Under the pieces are notes generated by a model. It was given only the letters and a program-made list of their open reading frames with translations. It made no database searches and was not told the origin of the DNA. From the IMG/VR virus record IMGVR_UViG_3300012573_000004: a stretch of DNA of 64,000 nucleotides; one strand, given 5' to 3'. Made by a program: the position numbers and the translations under genes. The stretch's first letter is position 1. The number at the start of each line of letters is the position of its first letter. This DNA comes from a virus (lineage: Duplodnaviria > Heunggongvirae > Uroviricota > Caudoviricetes). Shown here piece by piece: positions 9,309 through 21,100 of this stretch.

Positions 9309-12300
9309 TTAAGCCCAGGTAAGACCTGCATCATCATTACCACTGTCATAGTCATCCATCATATCACCATGATGGGAATCAATATAATTGGTAGAGTCAT
9401 CATATATTTCATTGGAGGATTGGAAGTCTTCTGCTTTTTTCTTCTTGTCCTCAGAAATCTGTTCCTTTTCTTCATAAAGAAGCTTCTCAAAAGCATCTTC
9501 TACTGTATGTGAAGAGTTAAGTGCTTCTACCAAAGTAGGGAAATATGGAACCTTCATAGTAAAAGCGTTGCGTCTTATACCACCAATTCTCAAATCAGCA
9601 ATACAATATCCTGTAGGCATAGAACTGATGTTTTCTTGAGCATATCTAGTCTTGTCCCCAAGCTGCTCCATAACTACAGTTCTATCCTGATTATCTTCCA
9701 GTGAGAAATACAGCTTAGAAGTCATTCCCCTTACAGTTGCTACAGCTTCTGAAGGAAGCTGTGTATAGCGTTGGAATCCTACAGCATGGGAAGTTCCATA
9801 AGAGCGTCCAATATCAGATACCTCAGCAACAATATCACCTAGTTGTGAATCATCTTTCTTGTTGTTTGTACCTGTAATATTCTTCAACTCATCAACAAAG
9901 ATGGGTATGAATTTATTCTGCTTAGCCCATCCAGCACAGTTGTCTTTGATGGAAGACCACAGCATGTAATGGAAAAACATAGAGAACATAGGAATATTCT
10001 CAGAAGAAATAGAAGAGTTCCTATGTGTAAGATCTACAATCACAGGACCTTCATAATGAACAAAGGAAGAAAGAGGAACCTCTTCGCGCTTTTCCCCTGA
10101 ATGGGTAGTAGTCTCCCATAGACCAGAAGAAGAAGCTAACATAGGAATCTTGTTTCTCAAAGGATTAAGAGCTTCTGTGGTATTGTACAAAGAAATCAAC
10201 TGATCCAAAGCAGGGGTGATCTCACTAATGCGCATGACTTCTCTTTCACCCCTTTTAGAAATCTGTTCAGCTTTCTTCTGTGGATTAATAAGAATAGACT
10301 TATAACCAGTAGCAATCCTTTCTATGATTCCTTCTGATTTATTCTTTCCTCCACCAGGAGCTACCACTTTGCGAGAAGTATCTACCAAATTCAAAGTAGG
10401 ATCAGAGCCAATAAGAAGATTCATCACCTCCATAATATTAGGTCTATCAGGATTAGATACTCTAGAAGATATACCTAAAACATCTCTTTCTTTTCTATTA
10501 AGCAACATAGCAATAGTCAAAGAAGAATGAGCTACCATTTTAGAACGAGAACCAAAAGATCCTGCTCCCCACAATTTTTCCATACCAGCAATAATGGTAC
10601 TTATATTTCTTTTAATATCTTTAATATCAGCCCCATCTTCAAAACGAGGACCTTCAAAGCACACTCTCTTTTCTGTGTCCCTATTGTGAACCATAAGTAC
10701 TAGAGGATCATACCCTCTAACATTGGAGATGATTCCATCAATATCCTCACTTTTAGTCTCTAGCCAAAATGGTGTAAAAGTGTATTCATTACTATTTCTA
10801 GACAAACGGGAAACACCTGCATAGAGATTAGAAAGAGCATTAGTCTTACCACTACCACGAGCACCAGCTAGGGCAATGCCATTGTTGAGGTCTTTTACAG
10901 TAAACATGACCGGATCAAAAGTTCTCACACTAGTTCCCAATAGTGCAACTTTATCTTTGGCAATATCACCTTTAATATCTTGAACAACAGAGGAAGACAT
11001 AGCAACCTGTGGAATAGCCTGAGAAGAGATATTGGATACACCTTTGCCATCTCTAGGCATAGAAGCAAATTGCATCATAGATGTTTGATAAAGAGGAATA
11101 ACCTCTCGGTGAGAAGGTTCTGGAACATACTGACTTTGATCATAAGATCCACTAAACTTAAATTTGCTTGTAGGAATCAATTTATGTAGTGATAGAGCCA
11201 ATGTTCTTCTTAAAGAAACTCTAGTAAAAGCAGGAATAGGAGGATTAGCTTCTGTCTGTGCAGACATACTCATCCACTGTGAAGACATAATAGGAAGCCC
11301 AATGACTGCAATCATAGAAATAGCCACAAGAGTCAAAGGCATCCATAGTGGGACAAAACCTACAAAACCTAAAAGTGTAAGGAACAATGATGGTATTATA
11401 CAAAATATACCAGCACGGCGGTGCAAAGTTTCATATTTTACTGATGATGTGCGAGTTCCAATAGATGGCATATTTGAGCTTACAGTGCGCAAAACAGAAT
11501 TTGATATTGAATAATCACCGTTATCAGAATAAGCGGTGATAGTACCCCTACATGGTGATTTGCTCAAGAAAATATTGACATTCCTTGCTGTCAAATCAAG
11601 CTTTGCTGCATCTCCACCTTCTGCAACATTGTCAGAAAGTATCTTCTTTTTCATTAGATGCTCTTCCCTATTGCTCATTGGCTCATAAGAAACAATGACG
11701 CTAGCACCTTCTTTAATTCCAGAACTAGATTGTAGTCTAGAAATAACACCACCTACAGTAGAGTTATTTGGTGAATCATTGAAATTTGCTGTGTCATAAT
11801 CTTCTCTTACCAAGGTCATAGGAGCTTGGGAGACAAATCCAATGTCATCAAAATCTACAGGTTCTACAGAACAGTTAGCGCCAGCAGCCCAAGATGAAAG
11901 AACATTTTCATCATAATGCTTTTCATCCATACCAATATACATATGTGCTTGCTCATCTTCAGGGTTGAGCCTTATCATTATAAGGTATCTAGGACGGTTA
12001 AATTGGAATCCAAAGTTAATACCAGTAGAGGTGTTTTTCATAATGTTGGCCATATTATCCATTTGTCCAACAGAGTTATTTGTTTCATTATCAGAAATGA
12101 TTCCTTCATATACCACTTCTGACCAAACAATCTTTCCACACATAAGCCTGCGGTATTTATTGTACAACCATCTAAAGAAATACTGAGCCAATGTCATCAC
12201 AACAAATACACCAACAACAGCGGTGATAATACTGAAGATGACATTGACAATAAACATTGCAATATCTCCAGCGCCATGATCTCCTAGAGAGAAATTGAGA

Positions 12301-12398
12301 AAAGAGAACTCGGATTCACCAATAGCACCTTGAGCTTTAGTGATCCATCCCCATAGTTTATCTAGGAATCCTGCATCCCTTGCTATATTTGCTGACAT
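9309..12398 (-). CDS. VirD4/TraD-like type IV coupling ATPase
   Basis: N-terminal and internal TM helices; Walker A GARGSGKT, Walker B IFVDE, GRSYG, FQRYTQL. Confidence 0.8.
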   Translation of the reverse strand: MSANIARDAGFLDKLWGWITKAQGAIGESEFSFLNFSLGDHGAGDIAMFIVNVIFSIITAVVGVFVVMTLAQYFFRWLYNKYRRLMCGKIVWSEVVYEGIISDNETNNSVGQMDNMANIMKNTSTGINFGFQFNRPRYLIMIRLNPEDEQAHMYIGMDEKHYDENVLSSWAAGANCSVEPVDFDDIGFVSQAPMTLVREDYDTANFNDSPNNSTVGGVISRLQSSSGIKEGASVIVSYEPMSNREEHLMKKKILSDNVAEGGDAAKLDLTARNVNIFLSKSPCRGTITAYSDNGDYSISNSVLRTVSSNMPSIGTRTSSVKYETLHRRAGIFCIIPSLFLTLLGFVGFVPLWMPLTLVAISMIAVIGLPIMSSQWMSMSAQTEANPPIPAFTRVSLRRTLALSLHKLIPTSKFKFSGSYDQSQYVPEPSHREVIPLYQTSMMQFASMPRDGKGVSNISSQAIPQVAMSSSVVQDIKGDIAKDKVALLGTSVRTFDPVMFTVKDLNNGIALAGARGSGKTNALSNLYAGVSRLSRNSNEYTFTPFWLETKSEDIDGIISNVRGYDPLVLMVHNRDTEKRVCFEGPRFEDGADIKDIKRNISTIIAGMEKLWGAGSFGSRSKMVAHSSLTIAMLLNRKERDVLGISSRVSNPDRPNIMEVMNLLIGSDPTLNLVDTSRKVVAPGGGKNKSEGIIERIATGYKSILINPQKKAEQISKRGEREVMRISEITPALDQLISLYNTTEALNPLRNKIPMLASSSGLWETTTHSGEKREEVPLSSFVHYEGPVIVDLTHRNSSISSENIPMFSMFFHYMLWSSIKDNCAGWAKQNKFIPIFVDELKNITGTNNKKDDSQLGDIVAEVSDIGRSYGTSHAVGFQRYTQLPSEAVATVRGMTSKLYFSLEDNQDRTVVMEQLGDKTRYAQENISSMPTGYCIADLRIGGIRRNAFTMKVPYFPTLVEALNSSHTVEDAFEKLLYEEKEQISEDKKKKAEDFQSSNEIYDDSTNYIDSHHGDMMDDYDSGNDDAGLTWA

Positions 12399-12433
12399 AT
12401 CTTTCCTTTACACTTGATATATTGTGTCCCTTT

Positions 12434-13657
12434 TTATCTTAGGCTCTCTTCAAAATCTAGCATAGAATCATACTGTTGGTTCATAGTGCCTTGCTTGTTA
12501 AGCCTTACATTAAGCTCAACAACAGTAGCAAAGGGTTCTTCTCCATGTTGAACTCTTCTATAGTTAATAAAATGCAATCTTAGCCTATTCCATGCTGTAG
12601 AATACACCTCAGCCATAGTTTCAATAACAATGTCAAAACCATGCTCACCCTGATTACCATTGCTAAATGCTTCTCTAATAGCGTCATCAATCTTGTCAAA
12701 AGCAACTTTGCGGAGATTTTCTTTGCTCATAGAAATAGACATAGCAGTGGCCATCCAAGAGATTCTTGCAGCACCACCAGGGTTTCCTTCAGCAATAGCT
12801 TTTACAGGAAGCTCAAGAATTGATGCAGACCTGTTAAAGCGCTCCACCAAGGGGATGACCACATCATAAATATTGCGTGTTTCTCTGAGGAGATCGGAGA
12901 CAACAGTATCACCTTCTCTAGATCTTTGTGAATATTTCTCTGCAATGGAAGTTAGCCTAGGATAGATACGTTCATTCCATGTCCCTCCAGGAGAGCTATA
13001 AGAAGCATCAGAATCATAGATATCATCACCCAACACACTCAAAGCAAATCCATACTCATCAGCTTGTGTTTTAAGCATCTTTACTGATTCTTTCTTTTGA
13101 ATCTCAGCACATCTCAATAGAGCTTTATCATATTCTTCTTGTGCAGACTCTGCAGAAGTATCAAAATCTTTTTCATCCAGCATATGATACCCATCAGTTA
13201 CAGAATTGTCAGCAATCTTATGGTAGGTCTTAATCTGAGCTTCTGTGTATTTGAAATCATTAATCTCTAGAAAATCAATCCAACGAGCATACTCATCAAA
13301 ATAACCAAAAGCATCAATGAGATAGAACATTCTAATGCACCACTCTTGATTAGATTCATTTTCTTTCTTAGAGGTAAGCTCAGGATCAATCCAATAAATG
13401 GGGTGTCCTAGAAAAGCAGGAGAAACATTTTTAGGAGCTAATCTAATATTTCCATAAGCTTTCTTCACATCAGGAATAGGCATGAAAGGATATCCCCAAG
13501 AATTGAGCGCGAACTGTGTTGATCTTAATCCAGATATTTTTTGAAACTTTTCTACCTTTGCATATACTTCCAAAGTAGAAAGAATCCTGGCATCCTTCTC
13601 CATGACTTTGGCACCTAGTCCAAGATCACCAAAGAACTCATAACTTTTATCACTCAT
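12434..13657 (-). CDS. Hypothetical protein in transfer cluster
   Basis: 407-aa ORF co-oriented with neighbours. Confidence 0.8.
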   Translation of the reverse strand: MSDKSYEFFGDLGLGAKVMEKDARILSTLEVYAKVEKFQKISGLRSTQFALNSWGYPFMPIPDVKKAYGNIRLAPKNVSPAFLGHPIYWIDPELTSKKENESNQEWCIRMFYLIDAFGYFDEYARWIDFLEINDFKYTEAQIKTYHKIADNSVTDGYHMLDEKDFDTSAESAQEEYDKALLRCAEIQKKESVKMLKTQADEYGFALSVLGDDIYDSDASYSSPGGTWNERIYPRLTSIAEKYSQRSREGDTVVSDLLRETRNIYDVVIPLVERFNRSASILELPVKAIAEGNPGGAARISWMATAMSISMSKENLRKVAFDKIDDAIREAFSNGNQGEHGFDIVIETMAEVYSTAWNRLRLHFINYRRVQHGEEPFATVVELNVRLNKQGTMNQQYDSMLDFEESLR

Positions 13658-13745
13658 ATTTTTATGTCCCTTGTTGTTGTAGGAATTTGTTTCATCTAGT
13701 CTTTAAGACTACCAACAAGAGGGCATATTTTGCTTTTGTGCAGTT

Positions 13746-15059
13746 TTACAATCTAGACAAAGACACAGAACTCAGTAGCTTTTCCAAAGAACCCTTAAGC
13801 TGCTTAGTAGGTCTTTCAACGCTAATAAAAACAGTTTTCCCTTTGATGGAAATATCAGATCTATCTGGATCATCAATGATCCCCCTCCACCGTGAAGAAA
13901 GGATCTTTCTTCCATAACGAGACTGCACCAAATGTTCTACAACATCCTCTACAGAAGTATCCTTTTTCACCTCTAAAATGGATTCTAAGCGACTTTTATC
14001 CTCTTTGCTATTGATTACACCAGAAAAGGATTGAGAAGGCATCACAGGCACACAGGAAGCGATTTTAGAAGCAGTCATCAAAGCTGGTGTGGAAGCAGAG
14101 AGAGAAGAACACACCATAGATAACTCAGCAATAGCTCTAGATAAAGAAGCTGTTTGAGATTTGTCTTTCCCATCCATCATGGAAAATATCTCATCCATAA
14201 TAGACTGAACTAGAGAGACAGGATGAATAGAATCTTCCTTGCATGCTTGTTGAGACAAGGAAAGCACCTGTGTAATATCTCCCTGAACAAAAAGTTGTGC
14301 GATCTCATCAGCAAAATTTAACTCTTTTGCACCCTGTGACACACCATGAAAAATGATTCCAGACAAAGTAGTAATAGCTTGTCTAGCAGAACCCTGTGAT
14401 CTCCTCACAGCATAGTCAATGTCATCTTGGGAAACTTCATTCCACAAATGTTCATTTTCTGCATTCTTTTCTACTAAACGGTGAAGAACTTTTTCTACAT
14501 CTTCATCTGTTAAAGGATTAACAGGAATGATAGGAACACGAGAAACAATAGTATCTGGAATAACTTCTGGGTTAGTGGTAGTAGCAATAAATAAAACGTT
14601 GTGAGGTGGTTGCTCCATAGGCTTTAAAAGAGTAGAAAAAGCTTCTTTGGTAAGCATGTGAATCTCATCTAAAATATAAACCCTAAAACCTGTATTAATA
14701 GCTAGATTCATAGATGATAAAACTTGCTTAATATCATTGATACCACGCTTTTCTGCTGCGTTAATCTCTTCAATTGCAGGATGAGCACCTTTGAGAGCAA
14801 GAAGACAAGAAGAACACTCATTACATGGATCACCAGTATGAGGATCTCTATTAGTGCAATTGACACTCCTAGCAATAATCCTTGCTGCTGAAGTCTTACC
14901 ACAACCTTTAGGACCAGCAAGAATATACCCTTGACCAGAAATCTTCCCAGAACCTAGCCTTTTTCCTACACCCTCAATAAAGACCTGTCCTACCATATCA
15001 GAAAAAGTCATAGGGCGTGCTTCATCAGCCACATTGACCATGATATCTGTATTGCTCAT
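13746..15059 (-). CDS. dnaX: DNA polymerase III clamp-loader subunit gamma/tau
   Basis: RPMTFSDMVGQ, GPKGCGKTS, four-Cys Zn site (C...PCNECSSC), EINAA, VYILDEIHML, EQPP, TIVSR. Confidence 0.92.
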   Translation of the reverse strand: MSNTDIMVNVADEARPMTFSDMVGQVFIEGVGKRLGSGKISGQGYILAGPKGCGKTSAARIIARSVNCTNRDPHTGDPCNECSSCLLALKGAHPAIEEINAAEKRGINDIKQVLSSMNLAINTGFRVYILDEIHMLTKEAFSTLLKPMEQPPHNVLFIATTTNPEVIPDTIVSRVPIIPVNPLTDEDVEKVLHRLVEKNAENEHLWNEVSQDDIDYAVRRSQGSARQAITTLSGIIFHGVSQGAKELNFADEIAQLFVQGDITQVLSLSQQACKEDSIHPVSLVQSIMDEIFSMMDGKDKSQTASLSRAIAELSMVCSSLSASTPALMTASKIASCVPVMPSQSFSGVINSKEDKSRLESILEVKKDTSVEDVVEHLVQSRYGRKILSSRWRGIIDDPDRSDISIKGKTVFISVERPTKQLKGSLEKLLSSVSLSRL

Positions 15060-15135
15060 CTATTCTCCTTTATCAGGGTGTGTTTTTAGGTATTTTCATC
15101 TCTATAAAGATTAACATGCTGGATCCAACAAAAGA

Positions 15136-15169
15136 AAAACACCCAGGAAATCAACCCCTGGGTGTTTTT
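15136..15169. terminator. Bidirectional terminator-like hairpin
   Basis: AAAACACCCAGG...CCTGGGTGTTTTT. Confidence 0.7.
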
Positions 15170-15184
15170 GTCTCTACCTTTTAC

Positions 15185-18178
15185 CTAACTTCTGCGGCCA
15201 CGGTTTCCTTCATCCTTGATAGCATTTGTACCATTCTTTCTACGCTCTTCTTCCTCGGCTTCAGCCTTTCTATTCAAAGCTTCCCTAGAAATGCGGTTTA
15301 GCATATCTGTCAAAGAATCATTAAGGGTGTCTTTAGCATCATTAACTCTTCTTTCTGCGTCCCCACTTTCTGCTCTACTGTTAAGCATAGCTCTTCTGGA
15401 AGCTTCAGACATTGTTCCAGCTGCATAGTTGGCAATCTCTTTGATTCTAGACTCAGCCTTGTCCATAGAGCTAACAGCTCCTCTTTCTAGATCATCTTTG
15501 TACTCTCTGAGCATATTGTCTAGATTTCTCTGTGATTCTTGTGAGAACTCAAATTCAACATTGTTTCTGTCTCCCACATTCTGAGCAAGATACTTCACAG
15601 ATTGAGCCATTCCCATAGCACCAGCTGCTCCACCTGCTCCTAGCCATGCATTGTTGAAGTTGTCAGCAATGTTTTGTGGTGCAGTGTAAGACTGTGATGC
15701 TGATGCAGGGCTAGCTGTTGCTCCTCCACCAAATGCACTGTCAATATCATTGGAGTTGTATCCTTGGTTGCTATACATTTGTTGTTGCTGAGAATCCTGT
15801 GCCCTGCGCTCCATGTCATCTTGATGTTGTCTGCGCATATCATCTTCTCTGCGCATATTTTCTTCTTGCCTGCGCTGATCCTCCTGGAATCTTTGTTGCA
15901 TGTGATCTTCTCTTTGACGTTGCATCTCGTCTTCATGCATGCGTTGTCTATCAGCATATTCTTGCTGACGCATATTCTCTTCTTGCATTCTTTGCTCTGC
16001 ATACCTTTGATGTCCATTGTGGAAATCATCACCCTGATTTTGTCCAGGTTGAGGTATGTAATCATTGCTCTGATTAACTGAAGAAGTGCTTCCATTATCA
16101 TTGGAAAACTGTTGATAGGAAGTTTCTTCTGCATTGTTATGCATCTGCTGCTGTGCATAATTTTGCTGTCTATGAGATTCTTCTCCTTGTACATTGTTTT
16201 CATGTCCAAGATTGTTGCTTCCAAATGCAGCATCAATGGATGAAGAATCATGATGAGGAATATTATCATTGTTGTCACTGAATGTAGAGTCAAGACCATC
16301 ATCATTAGTATTGTTATCCCTAAATGCAGCATCAAGGCCATCATTGACCATAGATGCTGCAGCACCAGCTGTTGCAGCCTTGCCCAAAGTAGAGACTCTA
16401 TCATCAGAAATATTATCATCTGTGTTCTGTGCAGCATTAGCATTTTCAGCAACAGAGTGAGCGTCTTCGCTGATGTCAGTTCCTGTGAGATCAGCCTCCA
16501 TAGCTTGTTGGCCAACATTGGTATCCACATTTCCTTCATAACCGTAGAATGTATTAGCATTCAATGGCTGAGTAGCAAATGCTTCATCAATAGCTTCAGA
16601 GGATGTATCAAATCTTCCATCTTCCATGATCTCTGGATGATAAGCACCAGAAGCATAAGTAGCAAGATTATCTTCTGTAGCAGCAATGATATTCTCTTCT
16701 GTCATGTTCTCAGGATCAAACTCATCAGTCAGTGATCGTGGAAGAATATTTCCATGTGGAGAACCAGAGTTAATAATCTCTGCTGCGTGGACATAATCAT
16801 CTTGCTTTTCTATGAAGCTGGAAACAGCATTTCCTTCTTCATCACGTGCAATCTTATCTTCCACAGGCTCTTCTCCAGTAGAACGGTATCCTGTTTCAGA
16901 AGCATTGATATCTTCCATGTCTTTAGCAGCTTTCTTAGCATGATCTTCAGCAACCTCTTTGTCAATAGGTATGCGACCATGAACTCGTGCAGCGTGATCT
17001 GTTTCACGTTCTTCATCACTAGCAACAGGCTGTGTATAAGCTGGGTTCAAAGAACCATTGACGGTACTATTTCTATTTTCTTCATTGGTTCTAGAAATAT
17101 CAAGAGCATACATAGCAGTGGTTGCACCAGCCACGCCACGTGCAGCATATCCGCCTAGTGTCTCTCTGTGAGCTTCACGGAACTTATCAGAAGTTCTAAT
17201 GGCACTATCATCATGTGCGTTGATATAGTCAACACCATTCATCTCATTGCCATTATCATCATAGACCTTGAATCCACTCTTCTCCATGGACTCTTTACCT
17301 TCATTGACGTGATTGTCTAGCATTTGACCATGAGCAAGAGCAGCATTATGCTTTCTGTCTGCAAGTTTTTCTACAATCTCATCAGGGGTGTCATATCCAG
17401 CCTTGTCCCTTTTATCTTTAAGACTGTCAACACGTAGATTCTTAATAGCATCACGCTTTTGAGACAAAGACTTAGAATCATCATCTGCAATATTCAAAGC
17501 ATTACGCTTATCATCATCATTGAGGTTATTGAGAAGATCGGAATCAAGTCCTAGATTAGCTAGCTTTGCTGCATTCTTCTTGCCAATAAGATCATGCGCT
17601 TTATCCCTAGTATCCTTAGGAGTCATTCCCTTCTCTTTTAGACCCTTAAGATTGTCTTTGCGCTTCTTTCCATCAGCACCACGATCCATAATAGACTTCA
17701 TCATGTCAAGATCATCTTTGCCACGGAGTGCTTTATTGAGGAGTTTTCCACCTCTTCTATTTCCACCACCAAGAAGTGATTTCCTCATGGCAAAGCTGCG
17801 TAGCTCATTTTGATTGAGGTGACGCAATCCTCTAAGGAAGTTTGCTCCCCCTTTGGCTGTTTTTCCAAGAGAGTTAAAAGGAGCTTTAGTTGTCATCTTT
17901 ACAATGCTTCCTACACTAGCACCCTTGAACATGACTGCACCAATATATTTAAGCAAAAGATACAGAACAAAGATCAACCCCAACAATGTAGCAAGTTGAA
18001 TGATTGACTGAATCATGACAAACTTGTTTGCTGTTCCAGGAACTAGCTTTCCTAGATTAGCTATGGAAGAAGCTAAAGCTAGGAAAATATTGGTAATAGC
18101 CAAAAGTAGCTGAACTGTAAATATTCCTACCACCATGAGGGTGGCAAAAATGAGTGTTTGTTTAAAAATTCTATTCAT
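15185..18178 (-). CDS. Membrane protein with long hydrophilic, Q/R/D-rich tail (possible VirB6 C-terminal half)
   Basis: Two N-terminal TM helices; start overlaps the upstream stop (TAATG). Confidence 0.7.
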   Translation of the reverse strand: MNRIFKQTLIFATLMVVGIFTVQLLLAITNIFLALASSIANLGKLVPGTANKFVMIQSIIQLATLLGLIFVLYLLLKYIGAVMFKGASVGSIVKMTTKAPFNSLGKTAKGGANFLRGLRHLNQNELRSFAMRKSLLGGGNRRGGKLLNKALRGKDDLDMMKSIMDRGADGKKRKDNLKGLKEKGMTPKDTRDKAHDLIGKKNAAKLANLGLDSDLLNNLNDDDKRNALNIADDDSKSLSQKRDAIKNLRVDSLKDKRDKAGYDTPDEIVEKLADRKHNAALAHGQMLDNHVNEGKESMEKSGFKVYDDNGNEMNGVDYINAHDDSAIRTSDKFREAHRETLGGYAARGVAGATTAMYALDISRTNEENRNSTVNGSLNPAYTQPVASDEERETDHAARVHGRIPIDKEVAEDHAKKAAKDMEDINASETGYRSTGEEPVEDKIARDEEGNAVSSFIEKQDDYVHAAEIINSGSPHGNILPRSLTDEFDPENMTEENIIAATEDNLATYASGAYHPEIMEDGRFDTSSEAIDEAFATQPLNANTFYGYEGNVDTNVGQQAMEADLTGTDISEDAHSVAENANAAQNTDDNISDDRVSTLGKAATAGAAASMVNDGLDAAFRDNNTNDDGLDSTFSDNNDNIPHHDSSSIDAAFGSNNLGHENNVQGEESHRQQNYAQQQMHNNAEETSYQQFSNDNGSTSSVNQSNDYIPQPGQNQGDDFHNGHQRYAEQRMQEENMRQQEYADRQRMHEDEMQRQREDHMQQRFQEDQRRQEENMRREDDMRRQHQDDMERRAQDSQQQQMYSNQGYNSNDIDSAFGGGATASPASASQSYTAPQNIADNFNNAWLGAGGAAGAMGMAQSVKYLAQNVGDRNNVEFEFSQESQRNLDNMLREYKDDLERGAVSSMDKAESRIKEIANYAAGTMSEASRRAMLNSRAESGDAERRVNDAKDTLNDSLTDMLNRISREALNRKAEAEEEERRKNGTNAIKDEGNRGRRS

Positions 18179-21100
18179 TATCTCGCACCCTTCGGTTTGG
18201 AACTCCTAAATGCCATGAGGATTAGGTTAATAGCCAATCCACCACCTGCAATCATCAAGTAGATTGCAAAGACCATATTGACAATGGTCAAAAGCATAAT
18301 AGGAATGATGTAAAGAATAATCATAGCCACGCCAATAAGCATAATGATAAGAGAAATAACAGTTGTGGTTCCATCTGTATGGAGACCTGCTCTGTACTCC
18401 CAGAAATCCTTGGCAGTGTTATAACCAGATGAGTTAGAAGACTCATCAAGTGCCGCTGCTGGATCTATTCTAGGATTATCCTCAGGATCAATAGGTTCAA
18501 GGGTCTCTCCTTCAACTTTATCTTCAGCTGCGTCAACAGCATCACCTATCTTATCTACGCCCCATTGTCCCAATCTCTTTATATCATTTCCAACGCTTGA
18601 CATAGAGCCTACACCAGGAATGCTCTTTATAGCATCACTAGTTGCTCCTGCCACTGCAGAAGAAATAGAGTCAACAAGAGATGGTGGTGGAAGAGGAGTG
18701 TAGTCCCAGCGCTCAGCCCATTGGTTTTTACTATTCCAACCAGATAGACCTTCAGAACCAATTGAATCTAGATAGAAAACAAATGGATTTTGGCAATCCT
18801 CATCATTGAGCCTACGGTATTTAGGAGAAGGAATCTTTACTTTCTCCTTGTCTTTATCTTCATTTTCCTTTTCCTCCTTGTCCCCTGTATCACTTTCTCC
18901 TCCATCATCAGTTCCTTCAGAATCTTTATCATCTGAATCTTTATCATCTGAATCTTTGTCTTCAGAATCTTTATCATCTGAATCTTTGTCAGAGTCCTTG
19001 TTGTCTTCTGTATCCTCTTCTTGCTCTTGCTCCTTTGCTTCTCCGCCATCTCCTCCCTTGGCGTTATCAAAGAACTCATTGTACTTATCTGATGTAGATC
19101 CAACACTTCCTACACCAGATACAATCCCTGCTGATTTATCCAGTGATTCTTTAATGTACCTATTTAGCTCTACTTCAACCTCATAAGGAGGAAGATCGCT
19201 GTCTTTATCAGACAGTCCTGTAGGACCCATTGAAGTAATACCCTTCATAGAAGAATCAATGTGAGAGTTTGCACTATCAGGTGTCCATACACAAGAAGCA
19301 AAGTAGTACAATCCTGGATCTGCATTGGAAACAGATTTGCTCTTTCCTCCATCAATAAAGTTAGTTGCTCTCTCTAGTGCAGCATACTCATTGTCTCCCT
19401 GCCAGCGACCTTCTGCAGTTACCAAAACACCAGGTTGACCACTGACAAGACCGCTACTTAGATTAGATGTAGCAGCACTAGATATATGAGTACCATTTGC
19501 ATATTTATTAGGAGAAACATCTTTGTTCTTAATGATATTTCCAGAACCTGCAGCTTCTTTCCACATTCCTGCACTGCGAGCCATGAGGAGAACTTCTCCT
19601 GCTGGTCTACTAGCTTTTTGCTCAAAGTCACGGCAGTAAGAGTTTCCTGACTGGAAGCTTGTACCTCCCCATAGGTAAGAGTAAGGCTTAATAACTAGTC
19701 TCACATAGGTGTAGTCCAAAGAAGACAAGGTAGTAGATACTGCTGCAGAATCCTCTGCAAACTTTGTCCCTCTAAATGCTAGGTTTACAGAATCAATATA
19801 CCTATCACATGCTGGTCTTAAATCATTTCCAGAGAAAGCATTGTCAATAGATGAAGAAGCCTTGTCTATTGGATAAATGATCAGTGCAGAACCAATGTTA
19901 AATCCTGCAGAAGCAACTTGGTTGCCTAGGAAGTAAGCAAGTGACAAGAACCAACCCAGTGACAATGGTTCCCAAGAGGTAAAGTCTCCTGCAGACTTCT
20001 CCCTGCTTTCAGAACCAGAGTTATCTGTGTCAATGTCAACACTCTCATCACCTGCATTGCTTACTTCATTGACAAGATCACTTGTATAATCCTCATTATG
20101 ATTCTTAGATGATTGATAGGCAACAAAAAGGAACATCATCACAGCTACCATTGTCCTCATCACAGATGATGCTACATGCATTACCCTTTGCCGTGGAGTC
20201 ATACGCACCTTGGTATCAATAGCTGTCATGAAAGAAAATACAAAAGCAATAGTAGCTAGAGCTGTAGCAATGGAAGTTACCATACTCTTGCTACCAGCAG
20301 ATCCTCCAATAAGAAGTGCAAAAGTAGCATTGGCAACCTTGATACCCAATGTTGGAATAGAGTCTCCTACAAGAAGAAGGAGTCCGTTGACAAGGAAGCT
20401 GAAGAAGAACTGTGCAAGGTTGAAAAGACCATTACTGAACAAAGCATTGAATGTTCCCTGGACACTATCAGTAGGATGATCAAATCTAAAAGCAGGAGAA
20501 GCAATGTTAAACCCTCCCCAGCGGTTAATGATAAGGAACTGGGAAGCATTAGACTTTCCATACTCAGCAATGTTATTAGACATAGCCAGAGGAGATGATA
20601 GCTGAGTATCTACATTTCTACCAGGTCCTCCATCTACTACAACATTATCACTGTTTCCTCGTCCTGATTCAGCATTTCCAGAAGATCTTTCTCCTCCCTG
20701 AAGATTTCCTCCAGAATTGTTGCCGGAACCATTGCTGTTTCCGGGGTTATTGCTACCGGAGTTGTTTCCAGGGTTGCTTCCGGGGTTGCTACCTCCTGAG
20801 TTGTTGTTGCCAGAGTTATTATTCCCTGAGTTATTGTTGTTGGAGTTGTTATTCCCAGAGTTGTTTCCAGCATTATTGCCTGAGTTGCTGTCCCCTGAGT
20901 TACTTCCAGCATTGTCACCTGAGTTGCTATTACCAGAGTTATTCCCAGCATTATTGCCGGAGTTGTTATTCCCTGAGTTGTTACTAGAGTTATTACCTTT
21001 AGAATCTTTGTTGTCCCCTGAGTTGTTATTTCCAGAGTTATTATCTTTGGAATCTTTGTTATCTCCAGATTTATTATCATTATTCTTTCCATCTGGGTTA

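Noticed and set aside
15640..16735. Long alternate-frame and antisense ORFs inside the 997-aa gene
   Set aside because: Shadow ORFs from low-complexity codon bias; no SD or motifs
20715..21085. Regular short repeats that could suggest a CRISPR array or iterons
   Set aside because: In-frame coding repeats for an Asn/Gly/Ser linker; no unique spacers
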